DNA of 64,000 nucleotides from Dendrobates tinctorius (Eukaryota): NCBI RefSeq assembly GCF_039654945.1, contig NW_027361692.1, positions 24,490,001 to 24,554,000 of the forward strand, read 5' to 3'. Shown piece by piece: positions 47,680 to 60,411 of this stretch (position 1 is its first letter; each line of letters starts with the position of its first letter). The notes under the pieces were generated by a model. It saw only the letters and a program-made list of their open reading frames with translations, ran no database searches and was not told where the DNA came from. The position numbers and the translations under genes were made by a program.

Positions 47680-50600
47680 CCCAGGCGGGATTTGGGCGTG
47701 AAGTGGTTGCGACAATGGTTAGCGCCCGGAAGCCGGCCTCGGCGAAAATTTATCATAACACTTGGAAGGTTTTCTTTCATTGGTGTCGAGAACACGGGGT
47801 TGCGCCATTATCCTTTTCGGTACCCAACATCCTGGCTTTTCTGCAGTCCGGCCTGGACGCAGGGTTGGCGCCAAGTTCCCTTAGGAGGCAGATTTTGGCC
47901 TTGTCGGTCCTTTATCAGCGAAAGATCGCTACCAATATGCAGGTCAGGACGTTCATTCAGGGGGTCTCTCATTTGGTGCCCCCCTAAAGAGCACCCATAG
48001 ATGCCTGGGACCTTAACCTGGAACTGGGTGTCCTACAGGAAGCCCCGTTTGAACCCTTACAGGAAATTTCATTGTCATATCTCTCCAGGAAGGTGGTATT
48101 CTTGGTAGCCATAACTTCCAATAGGCGGGTCTCGGAGTTAGGAGCATTATCTTGCAGAGCTCCTTTTCTGACTTTTTTAAGGATAAAGTAGTCCTTAGAC
48201 CACCGCCGCCTTTTCTGCCGAAGGTCGTGTCCTCTTTCCATATTAATGAGGACATTGTTCTGCCTTCGTTTTGTCCAGCGCCAGTACACAGAGTGGAAAG
48301 GGCGCTCCACTCTTTAGATCTGGAAAGAGCTCTCATGAGGTACGTGTCAAGGACAGCACCTTTTCGCCAGACGGACTCGTTGTTTGTGATTCCTGAAGGG
48401 CGCAGGAAGGGTCTCGCAGCCTCATGGTCAACCATAGCCAGATGGATTCGCCTAACTATTCAGGAGGCTTACCGTATTAGAGGCGCACCGATTCCAACAG
48501 GGATAGGGGCACACTCTACTCGGGCAGTGGGCGCCTCTTGGGCGCTTCGGCACCAGGCTTCGGCAGAGCAGGTATGCAAAGCAGCAACCTGGTCCAGCCT
48601 GCACATTTTTTGTAAGCATTACAATGTGCATACTCAGGCCTCGTCGGATGCGAGCCTGGGTAGGAAAATTCTCCACGCAGCTGTCATGATCACGTGTGTC
48701 AGGACGCAGATGATGCCGCAAGGCGAACCCATAACACACGTGACCCTGGATACACCGCCTCCAGTGGGGCGCATTTAAATAATAAAAACGTGCAGGTGGA
48801 TACGCCGCCTCCACCTGGCGAATTTGGGAATTACACGTTATACATACAATATCTGGAAACACCGCCTCCAGTAAGGCGCATTTAAATAATAAAGGGGGGA
48901 ACCTGGGAAACTTTAACAATGGTGGGCCCTGCAATAGGGAAAAGGGAATTGGAGACCTCCTGAGCTCCCCTGAGCCAGTGTCCCTGCACTCCTAACGTTC
49001 CCTATGCCGGTTTCGCACCGGGCGCCGCACGCGTACCTCAACGCCCTTGCTCGCCCTGAACCTAAACCCTCACTAGGGAATGGGTCGGTGCGGAGACTAA
49101 TCCCACCACTGCACTAATAACACACATGAGGAAAGAGACAATACAGGGGAAACACCACTTAGCTTTGCTCTGTTGCGTGCGCTCCTAGCAACAGAGCCCT
49201 CCACCTGAGTGCATCTTCTCCTCCACCTGGATCCATCACCATAACAGGATCCTTCACCTTAGTGCAGCCTTGGAGCAGAGTCCAAAACCAGTTGCAGCTG
49301 CTTAGTACCAGAGTCCCAAGGAAGTGTTCAGCCCCTGCCACGAAGTCAAGCATGCTTGAGTCCAGCTCAGCGGCCAAGTCCCACATGGTGAGTGCCACTC
49401 TCCATAGTAGCCACTCCACCAGACCATGCAGACACTTCCCGCTGACTCCATCACTGCGACCCCACCACGCCATGCCAGCCCTTCGTCCAGACACCATAGC
49501 TGCAACACGTCCCCCCTGGCTAAGCTGCGCAGGACTCCTCACCAGCTCCATCCTTCCTCCAGGCTCTCCAAAAACAGAGTGAACACACTCTCACAATATC
49601 ACAGGCCGTGATTGCACCCCCTAGCACACCTTTATAGGGTGTCACACCTGATCCCTAATTAAGTGCACAAAAACCTAAAGTGCAATACTGCTAACCACCA
49701 CCGGGGACAGTCAAGACACCTTGGAACTTTCCAAAGTAAAAAAAGTTCACTTTGTGCTTTTAATACTGCCAGATCCAACACTGGATCATGACAGTACCCC
49801 CTCCTTAATGAGGGGCCTCTGGACCCTCAAGACCACCCCTCATTAGGAAAACACCTACAGCGGGGACGCCCAGACCCTGAGTTCACCCCACCATTCCCTG
49901 ACACTTCAGGTTTATGACAAACGCACCGCTGGTATTGGCAATAAAGTTCATTTTGGAGGCACCACTCATCTCCACAGCGCCGACCTGGGGAACGAGTTTA
50001 TGTATGTGTATGTTTGTTTGTTATGAGCTGATCAGGCTCCACAACACACTTCCACAAGATGTTATTTGGTGGCACACATACATGCTCGTTCACACACAGG
50101 TCCGGACCTGAACGTTTATTACACACATTCGTTTGTCAAAAAATTGGTGAACTCATTCAGGACCTGATCACAGAGGCGTCCCCCTGTGTCACCACACACA
50201 CACCCCCGCTATTCACCAAGGGATCACCACCCTCCAACCCTCTTCACCATGAGGTCTGCGCCTCCCAGGGTTGGTTAATGGCGAGGGTAGAGATTTGTCC
50301 CTACTCCCCCGCAGCACACCTGCTGCACACACCAGGAGGAGAAGGGGACGGGAAATGGAGGAAATATACACTCGCTGGTCGCCTCCATACGACCAGGAGG
50401 GGCGGCTTCTTCGATGGTATAGAAGATTTGGCGTAAACACCGCGGACTATCACACCAGTCAGCTCACCACAGGGGCGTACCCCTTCACCTCGGGGAATAC
50501 CAGGCAGCTCCGTGGGGCACCATTCCTCCCACCTGCCTGGGTGCGCCCGCATGCATGAACCAGTCCCGCTCCCCAGCAGCGACTCTAGGGGGCTTTTAGC

Positions 50601-51937
50601 CAGACCGCAGCCGCCATTTTTTTTTTTTTTTTTTATTTTCTGGTTAGCTGAGCAGAAGCCCCAGACCCTGATAACTGCTGCTGCAGCGGCACTAACACAC
50701 CTTGCCGCTCCCCACACCTCAGTGAGGCCCGGCAGCAAATACCATAGGTCTCCACATGGCCAAGGCTCACCAGAAAAAAAAAAAAACTGTATGGCCTGTG
50801 ATAATGTCATGATCACGTGTGTCAGGACGCAGATGATGCCGCAAGGCGAACCCATAACACACGTGACCCTGGATACACCGCCTCCAGTGGGGCGCATTTA
50901 AATAATAAAAACGTGCAGGTGGATACGCCGCCTCCACCTGGCGAATTTGGGAATTACACGTTATACATACAATATCTGGAAACACCGCCTCCAGTAAGGC
51001 GCATTTAAATAATAAAGGGGGGAACCTGGGAAACTTTAACAATGGTGGGCCCTGCAATAGGGAAAAGGGAATTGGAGACCTCCTGAGCTCCCCTGAGCCA
51101 GTGTCCCTGCACTCCTAACGTTCCCTATGCCGGTTTCGCACCGGGCGCCGCACGCGTACCTCAACGCCCTTGCTCGCCCTGAACCTAAACCCTCACTAGG
51201 GAATGGGTCGGTGCGGAGACTAATCCCACCACTGCACTAATAACACACATGAGGAAAGAGACAATACAGGGGAAACACCACTTAGCTTTGCTCTGTTGCG
51301 TGCGCTCCTAGCAACAGAGCCCTCCACCTGAGTGCATCTTCTCCTCCACCTGGATCCATCACCATAACAGGATCCTTCACCTTAGTGCAGCCTTGGAGCA
51401 GAGTCCAAAACCAGTTGCAGCTGCTTAGTACCAGAGTCCCAAGAAAGTGTTCAGCCCCTGCCACGAAGTCAAGCATGCTTGAGTCCAGCTCAGCGGCCAA
51501 GTCCCACATGGTGAGTGCCACTCTCCATAGTAGCCACTCCACCAGACCATGCAGACACTTCCCGCTGACTCCATCACTGCGACCCCACCACGCCATGCCA
51601 GCCCTTCGTCCAGACACCATAACTGCAACACGTCCCCCCTGGCTAAGCTGCGCAGGACTCCTCACCAGCTCCATCCTTCCTCCAGGCTCTCCAAAAACAG
51701 AGTGAACACACTCTCACAATATCACAGGCTGTGATTGTACCCCCTAGCACACCTTTATAGGATGTCACACCTGATCCCTAATTAAGTGCACAAAAACCTA
51801 AAGAGCAATACTGCTAACCACCACCGGGGACAGTCAAGACACCTTGGAACTTTCCAAAGTAAAAAAAGTTCACTTTGTGCTTTTAATACTGCCAGATCCA
51901 ACACTGGATCATGACAGCAGCAGTGGCACACCTTTAG
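47655..51937 (+). pseudogene. DIRS tyrosine recombinase, disrupted (coding pieces ~47655-48681 and 51922-51937)
   Basis: RRVSEL, HSTR, ATW and HY catalytic motifs; stop at 47985, frameshift near 48178 and an LTR insertion before the last codons. Confidence 0.88.
48682..51916 (-). mobile_element. Young non-autonomous LTR retrotransposon: LTRs 48682-49793 (3') and 50805-51916 (5'), 1011-bp internal region
   Basis: Two 1112-bp near-identical direct repeats with TGTCATGATC...GATCATGACA ends; 5-bp TSD GCAGC; PPT aaggagggggtac on the minus strand beside the left LTR; no recognisable gag/pol. Confidence 0.93.
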
Positions 51938-53118
51938 ACAGGAGGGCATGCGGCTTGGATCGGTGAGTTGTCCTCCCACCCAGTGACTGCTTTAGTACGT
52001 CCCACAGTCTCTGTGTCCCCCAATGAGACAAAGGAGAAACATGGATTTTTGTGAGTACTCACCGTAAAATCCTTTTCTCCGAGACGCTCATTGGGGGACA
52101 CAGCACCCACCCTGATAGCCAGTTGGCTCTTGTTTATTTAATTAGTATAATTCTTATTTAATGTAGGGTGGTCCTTTTTCAGACATATGATTTTCTGCGT
52201 TAAGGCTAATTTTTGGATGTTCTCCTACTGCTTTTGCACTTAACTGGTTTCCGCCCGCTATCGGGGCGAGGGTGTATGCGGCGGAGGAGGAGCTAACTTG
52301 TTTTTTTGTATGCCTAGTGTCAGCCTCCAGACGGCAGTAGCACACACACACAGTCTGTGTCCCACAATGAGCGTCTCGGAGAAAAGGATTTTACGGTGAG
52401 TACTCACAAAAATCCATGTTTCGCACTCATGTTGTATGTACCCTTCCCCTCTTTTATCCTGTTTATTCAAAACCCTAGGCCTAGACCTGTCAGTCACCTG
52501 TCACTAAATTAATAATCAGTATTTATTGGCTGATATAGTGTGGCTAGACCACAGAATTAGCCCTAACGACTTTGATTAGGAAATGTGGCCTTCTGCTTTC
52601 TCACTGAAACACAGTTTTATCACAAAAATTGGGCCTCTTGGCTGAACAAAATTATTAGGCCTAATGATTTTGAAGAGGTAATCTGGCCTTCTGATTCCTC
52701 ACTGCAACACCTGTTTTGCTTAAATGATTTGGATTAGCAAATGTGGCCTCCTGAGACTACAACACAGTTTTTGCACAATCTAGTTTTATACTGGAAGATC
52801 GATTTCAAACAGGACAGGATCCTATCTAGCTAACTGACAAGTTCACTTTCAGCAGCACTAGCAGGAGCGGTTTCACGGCACTGCGACACTGAGAAAATGG
52901 TGCCACAAAACAAGATGTCCGCTTTTTATATGGACAGTGACGTGACTTCAGCAGCCAATCACAGAAGACCTGGTGTCATGGCGTTGTGGATGGTTTCTGC
53001 GCCATGATTGGCTGCTGCAATGTAAACATTGAGTTAAGGGGAAAAAATTATACTCCACCGCTCCTCTGACGTAGACACACCCTCCCCTCATCAAACATGT
53101 CCGTCATCATACAGCATC

Positions 53119-53780
53119 TTTCACGATCCATTTTTGGATTTGTGGCAGCTCTGGTTCCACTCAGTTAAAACTTTTTTCCTTTTGGGCCATCGGGGGTTAA
53201 TGACAGTTTTTCCCCGCTGGCAATCTGATATAACTGCAGTGTTGCTGGGTCAGCTGATATGGGTGGTAACCATTCCCACCATCCTTTAAATGGTCACCTG
53301 ATGCATCAGCTGACTATCGATGATAGAACAATCTTCAGTGACCAAGCCTGAGTGAGGAGCTCTCTGGGTGCATTTGTGCTTCTGCTAGGTTCATTATCCT
53401 GGTGCCTTTTATTCTGCTGTTGTGCGTTGCTTTGCAGCAGAGAAACCTGAGTAGTTATTTCCTCGTCCCTTTTTTGTTTGTCACTATCCCCTGTGTGGTA
53501 ATATCTGCAGTGGTGATGCTAGCACCCCTCGCCAGCCAGTGCACTAGCCAGGGCAGCGTTAAGTGACAATTAGGGACAAGGTATCCACACGGCAGTGGGG
53601 GGAGGAGGACCCACTTAGGGCGTTAGGGGAGTGCAGGGACAGGCTTAGGCTTGAGGTCAGGGGTGTCCCTTCCTACATTTCTCTATTGGTAGGGCCTTCC
53701 TCTCCCCAATTCCATCCCGTTGTATGAGTGTTGTGCCATTCGCTGATCGACCACCCGTTGGGTCGAGTCACATCGTGACA
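53119..53780 (+). mobile_element. Solo LTR
   Basis: Ends tttcacgat (mutated tgtcacgat) / atcgtgaca; 5-bp TSD GCATC/GCACC. Confidence 0.6.
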
Positions 53781-53967
53781 GCACCACTATCTTAGCCAAA
53801 GTCATAACAAAAGCATTAGTGGAAATGCGATGATTTACCAAAGTGTGACTGAATTTTGCCGACTTTGAAGAAAAATGCTTGGGAAACCGAACACTAATCC
53901 GAATGTGCTACGTTCATGCCGATTTTGAGATTGGCAAATGTTTTCCGAACAAGTGTGCTCATCTCTA

Positions 53968-56900
53968 GTGAAGTCATATTTTTGACCGGAATCATTCGGA
54001 GAGCGCTTGTAGGCCCCTTTTAAGGTCCCTGAAGGGGTGAATAGCTTAGTTACTCACCGATAACAGTGTTTCTCGGAACCCATGACAGCACCACGGAGAG
54101 AGGGGGTCCGCCAATCAAGGACAGGAACCTACAGATAAAAAGGCGGCACCTCTCCTCCGCCCACAGTTGGTCACAGAGCATCAGAGGGTCTCCCGGTTAG
54201 TTAGCAACAAAAGTATATACATAACATTATAATATTGCATATTATGGAGAAGCACTGTGTCTAACAAAAACACTCTACACACATTAAACCGTGCTCACCG
54301 CACACGTGAAGGGGGGGGGAATAAGCGGGTGCTGTCATGGGTTCCGAGAAACACCGTTATCGGTGAGTAACTAAGCTATTCTCTCTCACCCATGACAGCA
54401 CCACGGAGAGAATTTCAGAGATTGGTAGCTTAGGGAGGGACCACCGCCTGAAGGACCCGTCTCCCGAATGTCAGGTCAGACGTAGAGGCTAGATCTAAAC
54501 GATAGTGTCTGAAAAAGGTGGAAGGTGTTGACCAGGTGGCCGCCTTACAGATCTGTTCTATCGATACCTCTGATCTTTCTGCCCATGAGGTCGCCATTGC
54601 CCTTGTAGAGTGAGCTCTTAAACCCTCCGGGATGGTATTCCCACTGGATGAAAACGCCAGGGCAATCATATTCCTTATCCACCTTTCTAGGGTACTCTTG
54701 GATGCCTTGAGTCCCTTTCGAGGTCCCTGGAAACACACAAAGAGAGACCCTTCCTTCCTACATCCCTTGGTGGCCTCTAAGTACTGAACTAGGCACCTCT
54801 TCACATCTAGGGTGTGAAATCTCTCCTCTCCCCTATTCCTAGGATTTGGGCAGAAGGAAGGAAGGACTACTTCTTGGGACCTATGGAAGTGTGTCACTGC
54901 CTTAGGTAGATATGCCGGGTCAGGTTTCAATATGACTCTATCGTCTAGGATTTTAGTGAACGGTGGTATCGCAAACAGAGCTTGAATATCAGTCTTTAAT
55001 GATAGGGTTTTTAGGGGTGCTGACTAGATGGGCTCTAAAGAGGGCCCTGTTAGTGCAGACAATACTAGGTTTAGATCCCATGATGGTAATTTCTGGGTGA
55101 TTACTGGTCTAGACCTGGCTGCGGCCCTAATAAACCGTGCTACCCAGGGGTTGCCTGCCACATCCTGGTTATACAGGGCACCTAGGGCCGCTATCTGTAA
55201 CTTCAATGTATTAGTTGCCAGCCCCTGTTCTAACCCCTTTTGCAGAAATTCGAGAATTGTGTCAATCTGGACTCCATCCTGAACCCTTGCCCCGGAGCTG
55301 GACAGAAATTTCCTCCAAGTTCTCCCATAGGCTTGGGTGTGATCAGTTTCCTACTCTTTTGTAGCGTGGAAACCAGGTTTTCTGAGAACCCCCTCAGCAG
55401 TGCCCTTTCAAATTCCATGCTGTTAAATGGAGGTTCACTGCCTGAGGGTGTAACACGGGACCTTGGAGGTCCGGGAGAACTGGTAGGACCCAAGGGTTGG
55501 TTATTGACAGTATTCTCAGCCAGGAGCACCAGGTTCTTTTTGGCCAAAAGGGGGCTATTAGTATCATTCTTGCCCTGTCTTCTCTGACTTTGCTTATGAC
55601 TGCCGGGATGAAAATGGGCGGCGGAAAGGCATGTCCACGAAAGCATAAACGCATCCAGGGTTCGGGGATTTCCCCTGGGGTTTAGGAAACAGAATGCTTC
55701 TACTTTTTTGTTTTTGTGGTCGGCAAACAGATCCATGTCCTGGGTTCCCCACATTTTTACAATCTGCTGAAAAATGGACTGTTTTAGAACCCATTCCCCC
55801 TGGTGTAACTGGGTGCGACTCAGAAAGTCTGCTCTCTGGTTTTCTGTTCCCCGTATGTGTAGTGCAGAGAGGGATAGTAGGTTTTTCTCGGCTAGGGTGA
55901 AGATTTCGGAGGATGTGTTCATTAGTGTTCAGGACCTGGTTCCCCCCTGATGATTTATGTAGGCCACCGTCACCCGATTGTCCGAAAATATGCAGACATG
56001 ATGACCCCATAGCACCGGTAGGAAGTGTGTTGGGGCATAGCCTACTGCCAATAGTTTCTTTTGGTTCGATGAGGCTTCTAGTTCCTGACCTCCCCATTCC
56101 CCCTGAGCCACCCTGTTAATCATATGTGCTCCCCATCCCTTGGGACTGGCATCCGTGGTAATTATGTGTGTGATTTTTATTACCCAGGGAATCCCTTTGG
56201 ATAGGTTGTCTCTGCTTCTCCACCAAGCTAGGGAATGAATAGTTTTGGAGTCTAGTGTGACGTGACCTTACAAGTGACCTTCTAATGCTAACTGGTTGGC
56301 TAATTCATCCCATTGGAGATCCCTCGTATGATGCTGCGCCCACTGGACCGCTGGCAGGCAGGCGGAGTGGGACCCTAGTAGTGACCTCGCTTTTCTTAGC
56401 GTCATGGAAGGGTTCTCTTGCTACCATCTGAGCAATCCTCTCTTTTGTTGTCTGGAAGGTAACACTCCTGGGTGTTTGAGTCCAGTGTTAGTCCTAGGAA
56501 CTCCTGAACTTTGCTGGGCTCCAACCTTGATTTTTTTTAGGTTTAGAAGCCAGCTGAGGTTTTGTAGAGTGTCCATCACTCTGTCCCTCTGTTCCTTGCA
56601 TCTTTGGGCCAAGTTTCTCACTATTAAAAAGTTGTCCAAATATGGGATTATTAGAATATCTTGTTCTCTTAGGTGAGCCATCATTTCTGCTACTAGTTTC
56701 GTGAAAACTCGCGGGGCTACAGAACTCCCAAATGGCAGGGCCCTGTACTGAAATTCCCTTATTTCGCCTCCTATGGAGACCGCCAGTCTGAGGTATTTTC
56801 GTGAGTCTTTGTGGATGGGGACGTGATAGTACGCATCGCTGAGGTCTAATACTGTCATGAAGCAATGTGGGAAGAGAATTTTGGTGGTTAACTTGATTGA

Positions 56901-59740
56901 TTCCATTTTGAATTTTTGGTTTTTGACATAATCGTTTAGTCTCTTTAGATTTATAATTGTCCGGAAGGTACCGTCCGGTTTGGTTACTAGAAAATGAGGG
57001 GAGTAGAACCCTCTGCCTCTCTCCTGCGGGGGAACCTCCTGGAGGACTCTTTTGCTCAACAGGCTTAGGACCTCTTTTTCGAGAGCTTTTTGTTCTCTTA
57101 TTGACGATCTTATTGGGGTCACCACATATTTTTGAGGTTGGAGAGAGAGAAAGTCTATCCTTAACCCTGATCCTATTAGATTTAATAACCAGGGGTTGTT
57201 CAATATTTTCCTCCAGGCTGGGAGAAAAAAGCTTAGCCTCCCTCCCACCCTGGGCAAACAGTCACTTGGAGGGTTTTTTGTCTCGGGACGAGTTACCGAA
57301 GAAGAACCCCCTGTCCCTCCTTCTGTCATCCCATTTCTGTTCTCTCGGGGGTCTCCTCTGAAAAAACTTTTTGTTTCAAAAGGACCTTTTAAAGCCTGTA
57401 GGACCCAGGTTTGGGAATCCCTTCTTTTTATCCCCTGCCTTTTGGAAGATGTCATCCAGCGTCTCTCCAAATAGGAATTTCCCTTCACAGGGGATGGAGC
57501 ATAGCTTCATCTTAGTCTGTAAGTCCCCTGGCCAACATTTGAGCCACAGCGTTCTTCGGGCTGCATTTGACAGGGCTGCTGCTTTGGATGACAACCTTAC
57601 TGAATCAGTTGATGAGTCGGCTAAGAAGGCCGCTGCTCCCCTTATTACTGGAATGGATTCCAGGATCTTCTCCCTGGGTGTACCTTCCCTTAACTGCTTC
57701 TCTAGTTGATCCACCCACACCATGAGGGCTCTGGAGGTACATGTTGCCGCTATCGCTGGCCTAAGATTTCCCCCGGCTGATTCCCAAGTTCGCTTGAGGA
57801 AAGTATCGGCCTTTTTATCTAAGGGGTCTTTTAGAGTACCCATATCCTCAAAGAGGAGTGCAAATTTTTTAGTTTAGTTTCGGGGCTTTATCCCAAGACG
57901 TGGACGTCTCCTTGTCGAATGGATATTTTCTCTTAAGGGAAGGGACCGTGGAGTTCTTCCTATCCTGTCTTTCCCATTCTTTTTTTATCAGCCCCTGTAC
58001 ATTCTCGTTCAGTGGAAAAACTCTGCGTTTCTTTTGGCCTAGTCCCCCGAACATTAAGTCCTGGACTGATCTATCAGGCCGAGGGTCTGCTACCCCCATG
58101 GTAGACCTTACTGCCCTTACTAACATGTCTACCTCATCTAGGGGAAAACAGTGACAGCCTCCTGTTTCTTCATCTGAGGATGACGAGTCGGTGTCCGAAG
58201 TCTGTGAGGTAACTTCCCCTGACGTCGAGACTTCTGACTGGGAGCCTACTACTACATCCCTTTTTTTTGCTTTCCCTTTGTGTTTTAGGGATGAAAAGGT
58301 ACTCTGAAACTCTGATCGGATTACCACTCTTAGATCCGAGGCGTAATCCGGGGTTTCATCACAAAGAACTTCCTGTATGCAGGAGTCGCAGAGCTTTTTA
58401 TCCCAAGAAGCTGGTAGTGGTCTGCTACAGGTTTTGCATTCCCTGTTCTTTGTTTTATCTTTCTTCTTTCCCCATTAAGGGAAAGAAGTATTATAATGGG
58501 GAACATTCACGTAGATCACTTACCCCATTATGCGCGGTTGCAGGTACCGGTTCGGGAGGTGGATTCAGATCCCTCACGGGTTGATCCACGGAAGGTGACT
58601 TGCTTCTCGCAGTCGACTTGCTCCGCTGCATGGAGTGGCTACTGGACCGGCCCTTGCGCCTGTCCTTCTCTTTTTGCCGGTAATGGTGGTGTTGCCTGTG
58701 CTGCTGCTGCTTAGGCTGCTGCATTGGCTGCTCCTCGTGCTGGTCGCTGTCCTCCATACTTACAGGACGCTTCCAGCAAGAAGTAGCTCCAGCGTTCTCC
58801 TTTTTAAATTTCCCGGCCGTGACATCACTTCCTCTCCCAGCCTGCTCCGCTGTGTGCCCCGGGGAGCGCGCAGTGCGCATGCACCGACTGCGGGGACCCG
58901 GAAGTCGTTCACTCCATTTCCGGGGCAGTGCCATATTGGTACACCTCTGTACAGCGGCGTTGCCCGCGCGTGTACCGGCCTCCTCCAGCCCCAGCCTCCT
59001 TTCCGGAGCGGCGGCTCGTTCCTCTCCCCCCCCCCGCTCACCCTGTGAAGCCCCTCGGCTACATCGGTGGCGGCTTCAGGAACCGACCCCGCCGCGACAG
59101 GGGCCTCCCCGCTGCCAGAATTACGAACGGGACGGCCCTGTACTCCTCTTCAAAGGTAAATTGCTGCCGCTGCTGCTGGTTCCACGGGTCACCCGTCAAG
59201 GATAGGAACCCAACTGGGGACGGAGGAGAGGTGCCGCCTTTTTATCTGTAGGTTCCTGTCCTTGATGGGCGGACCCCCTCTCTCCGTGGTGCTATCATGA
59301 GTGAGAGAGAAAATGACTTTGGCAAAGTATATAGAGTTCATGACTGACCACTTTCTTCATTGGTATAAAAATAACCATGCCATCCGTAGCAAAATCATCG
59401 TCATCCATGACAATGCACCATCTCATGCTGAAAAGAATATCTTAGTCAATGGCTTCTATGAGCATAAAAGGCAAGAAACTTCCCTTACCTCAGCCCTATT
59501 GAGAACTATTGGAAGATCTGCAAGCAAAAGATCTATGATGGTGGGAGGCAATTCACATCAAAATAGCCAACCTGGGAGGCTATTCTGCAAAGAAATTCAA
59601 CCAGAAGTTATCCAAAAATTCTCAAGTTCTATGGATGCAAGAATTGTGAAGGTGATTATCAAAGAAGGGGTCCTATGTTAACATAACTTGGCCTGTTAAG
59701 ATGTTTTTGATTGAAAAAGCTTTTGGCTTCAGTAAATGTC
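53968..59740 (+). mobile_element. Decayed Tc1-like transposase 3' fragment split by the second DIRS (pieces 53968-54041 and 59312-~59740)
   Basis: Joining the flanks restores LVGPF/KVPEGVK-MTLAKYIEFMTDHFLHWY...HDNAPSH...SMDARIVKVI. Confidence 0.8.
54039..59311 (-). mobile_element. Second DIRS1-type retrotransposon (different family), full-length with decayed ORFs
   Basis: ITRs 54081-54159 / 59221-59299; ICR 54329-54411; GAA repeated at both junctions; gag (~57376-58757), RT (YLDN, ~56421-57270), RNaseH/MT and YR (HSTR..ATW..HY, ends 54430). Confidence 0.93.
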
Positions 59741-60228
59741 ACCTCTTTAGAGGTTGTCCACTACCTTATCATTGATGACCTACTGTATGTCTTAGGATAG
59801 GTTGTTAATGTCTGATCAGTTGTTCTCGGTGTCGGCGCTGGCCGGGAATGCACAATTGAGGAGCTGCTCCTTCTTCTAATAGTCGCCTCGGTGGCTACTG
59901 CACAACAGTGTATTTTGAGTTTTTTTAGTTTTGAAAAAAAAAAATGTGGTTACCATTGGGAGGTTTGTTCAATAAAATTTGGTTTATAGTATTATAATGC
60001 ACCCAAGGAGGTAGTAGGAAGAGGGTCCTAGAAGCTGCTTGGCAAGTACATGGACCTTTTGAGGGAAAACTAAGATAAATGTATGATACTGCTGTGCTAA
60101 TAGACTAGAAGTAAGTAAATAGCAGTTACAAGTAGGGAGCATGCACAAATAAGTTAATGGATATACAGTAGATGATCAAACAATGCTCAAAGGTTGTCCA
60201 AATCCTTAAATGACGATCTATAGTTTAA

Positions 60229-60411
60229 GGCCACGTTCACACGTTCAGTATTTTACATCAGTATTTGTAGGCCAAAACCAGGAGAGGAACAGTCAGAGGA
60301 AAAGTATAATAGAAATGCGTCATTACTTCTGGATTTTTCACCCACTCCTGGTTTTGTCTTACAGATACTGATGTAAAATACTGACCAAATACTGAAGGTG
60401 TTAACGTTGCC
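60229..60411. mobile_element. PIF/Harbinger-type MITE
   Basis: ggccacgttcacacgttcagtattt / aaatactgaaggtgttaacgttgcc with TAA TSD. Confidence 0.7.

Larger units (their letters stand above)
43142..52421 (+). mobile_element. DIRS1-type tyrosine-recombinase retrotransposon (~6 kb plus a 3.2-kb nested LTR element)
   Basis: TTT at both ends; inverted termini (cgtctcattgggggacacaga / tctgtgtcccacaatgagcgtc); ICR at ~52000-52105 complementary to both termini; gag, RT/RNaseH/MT and YR ORFs. Confidence 0.95.
35820..53967 (-). mobile_element. Large decayed hAT/BED-finger transposon fragmented by at least five later insertions; left end not found
   Basis: Collinear minus-strand remnants: BED-like WIFF (~40600), GRYILLTGHWV (~39510), YWVTTLLDPRYK (~36380), dimerization-domain EVLSCPAASV...LTFIKMN (35830-35960). 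TIR-like gctcatctcta ends at 53967; probable ATG near 52430. Confidence 0.7.

Noticed and set aside
49159-51705. Duplicated 130-aa and 106-aa ORFs as a gene duplication or assembly artefact
   Set aside because: They lie within the paired LTRs; the TSD, PPT and several LTR differences indicate a real LTR element.
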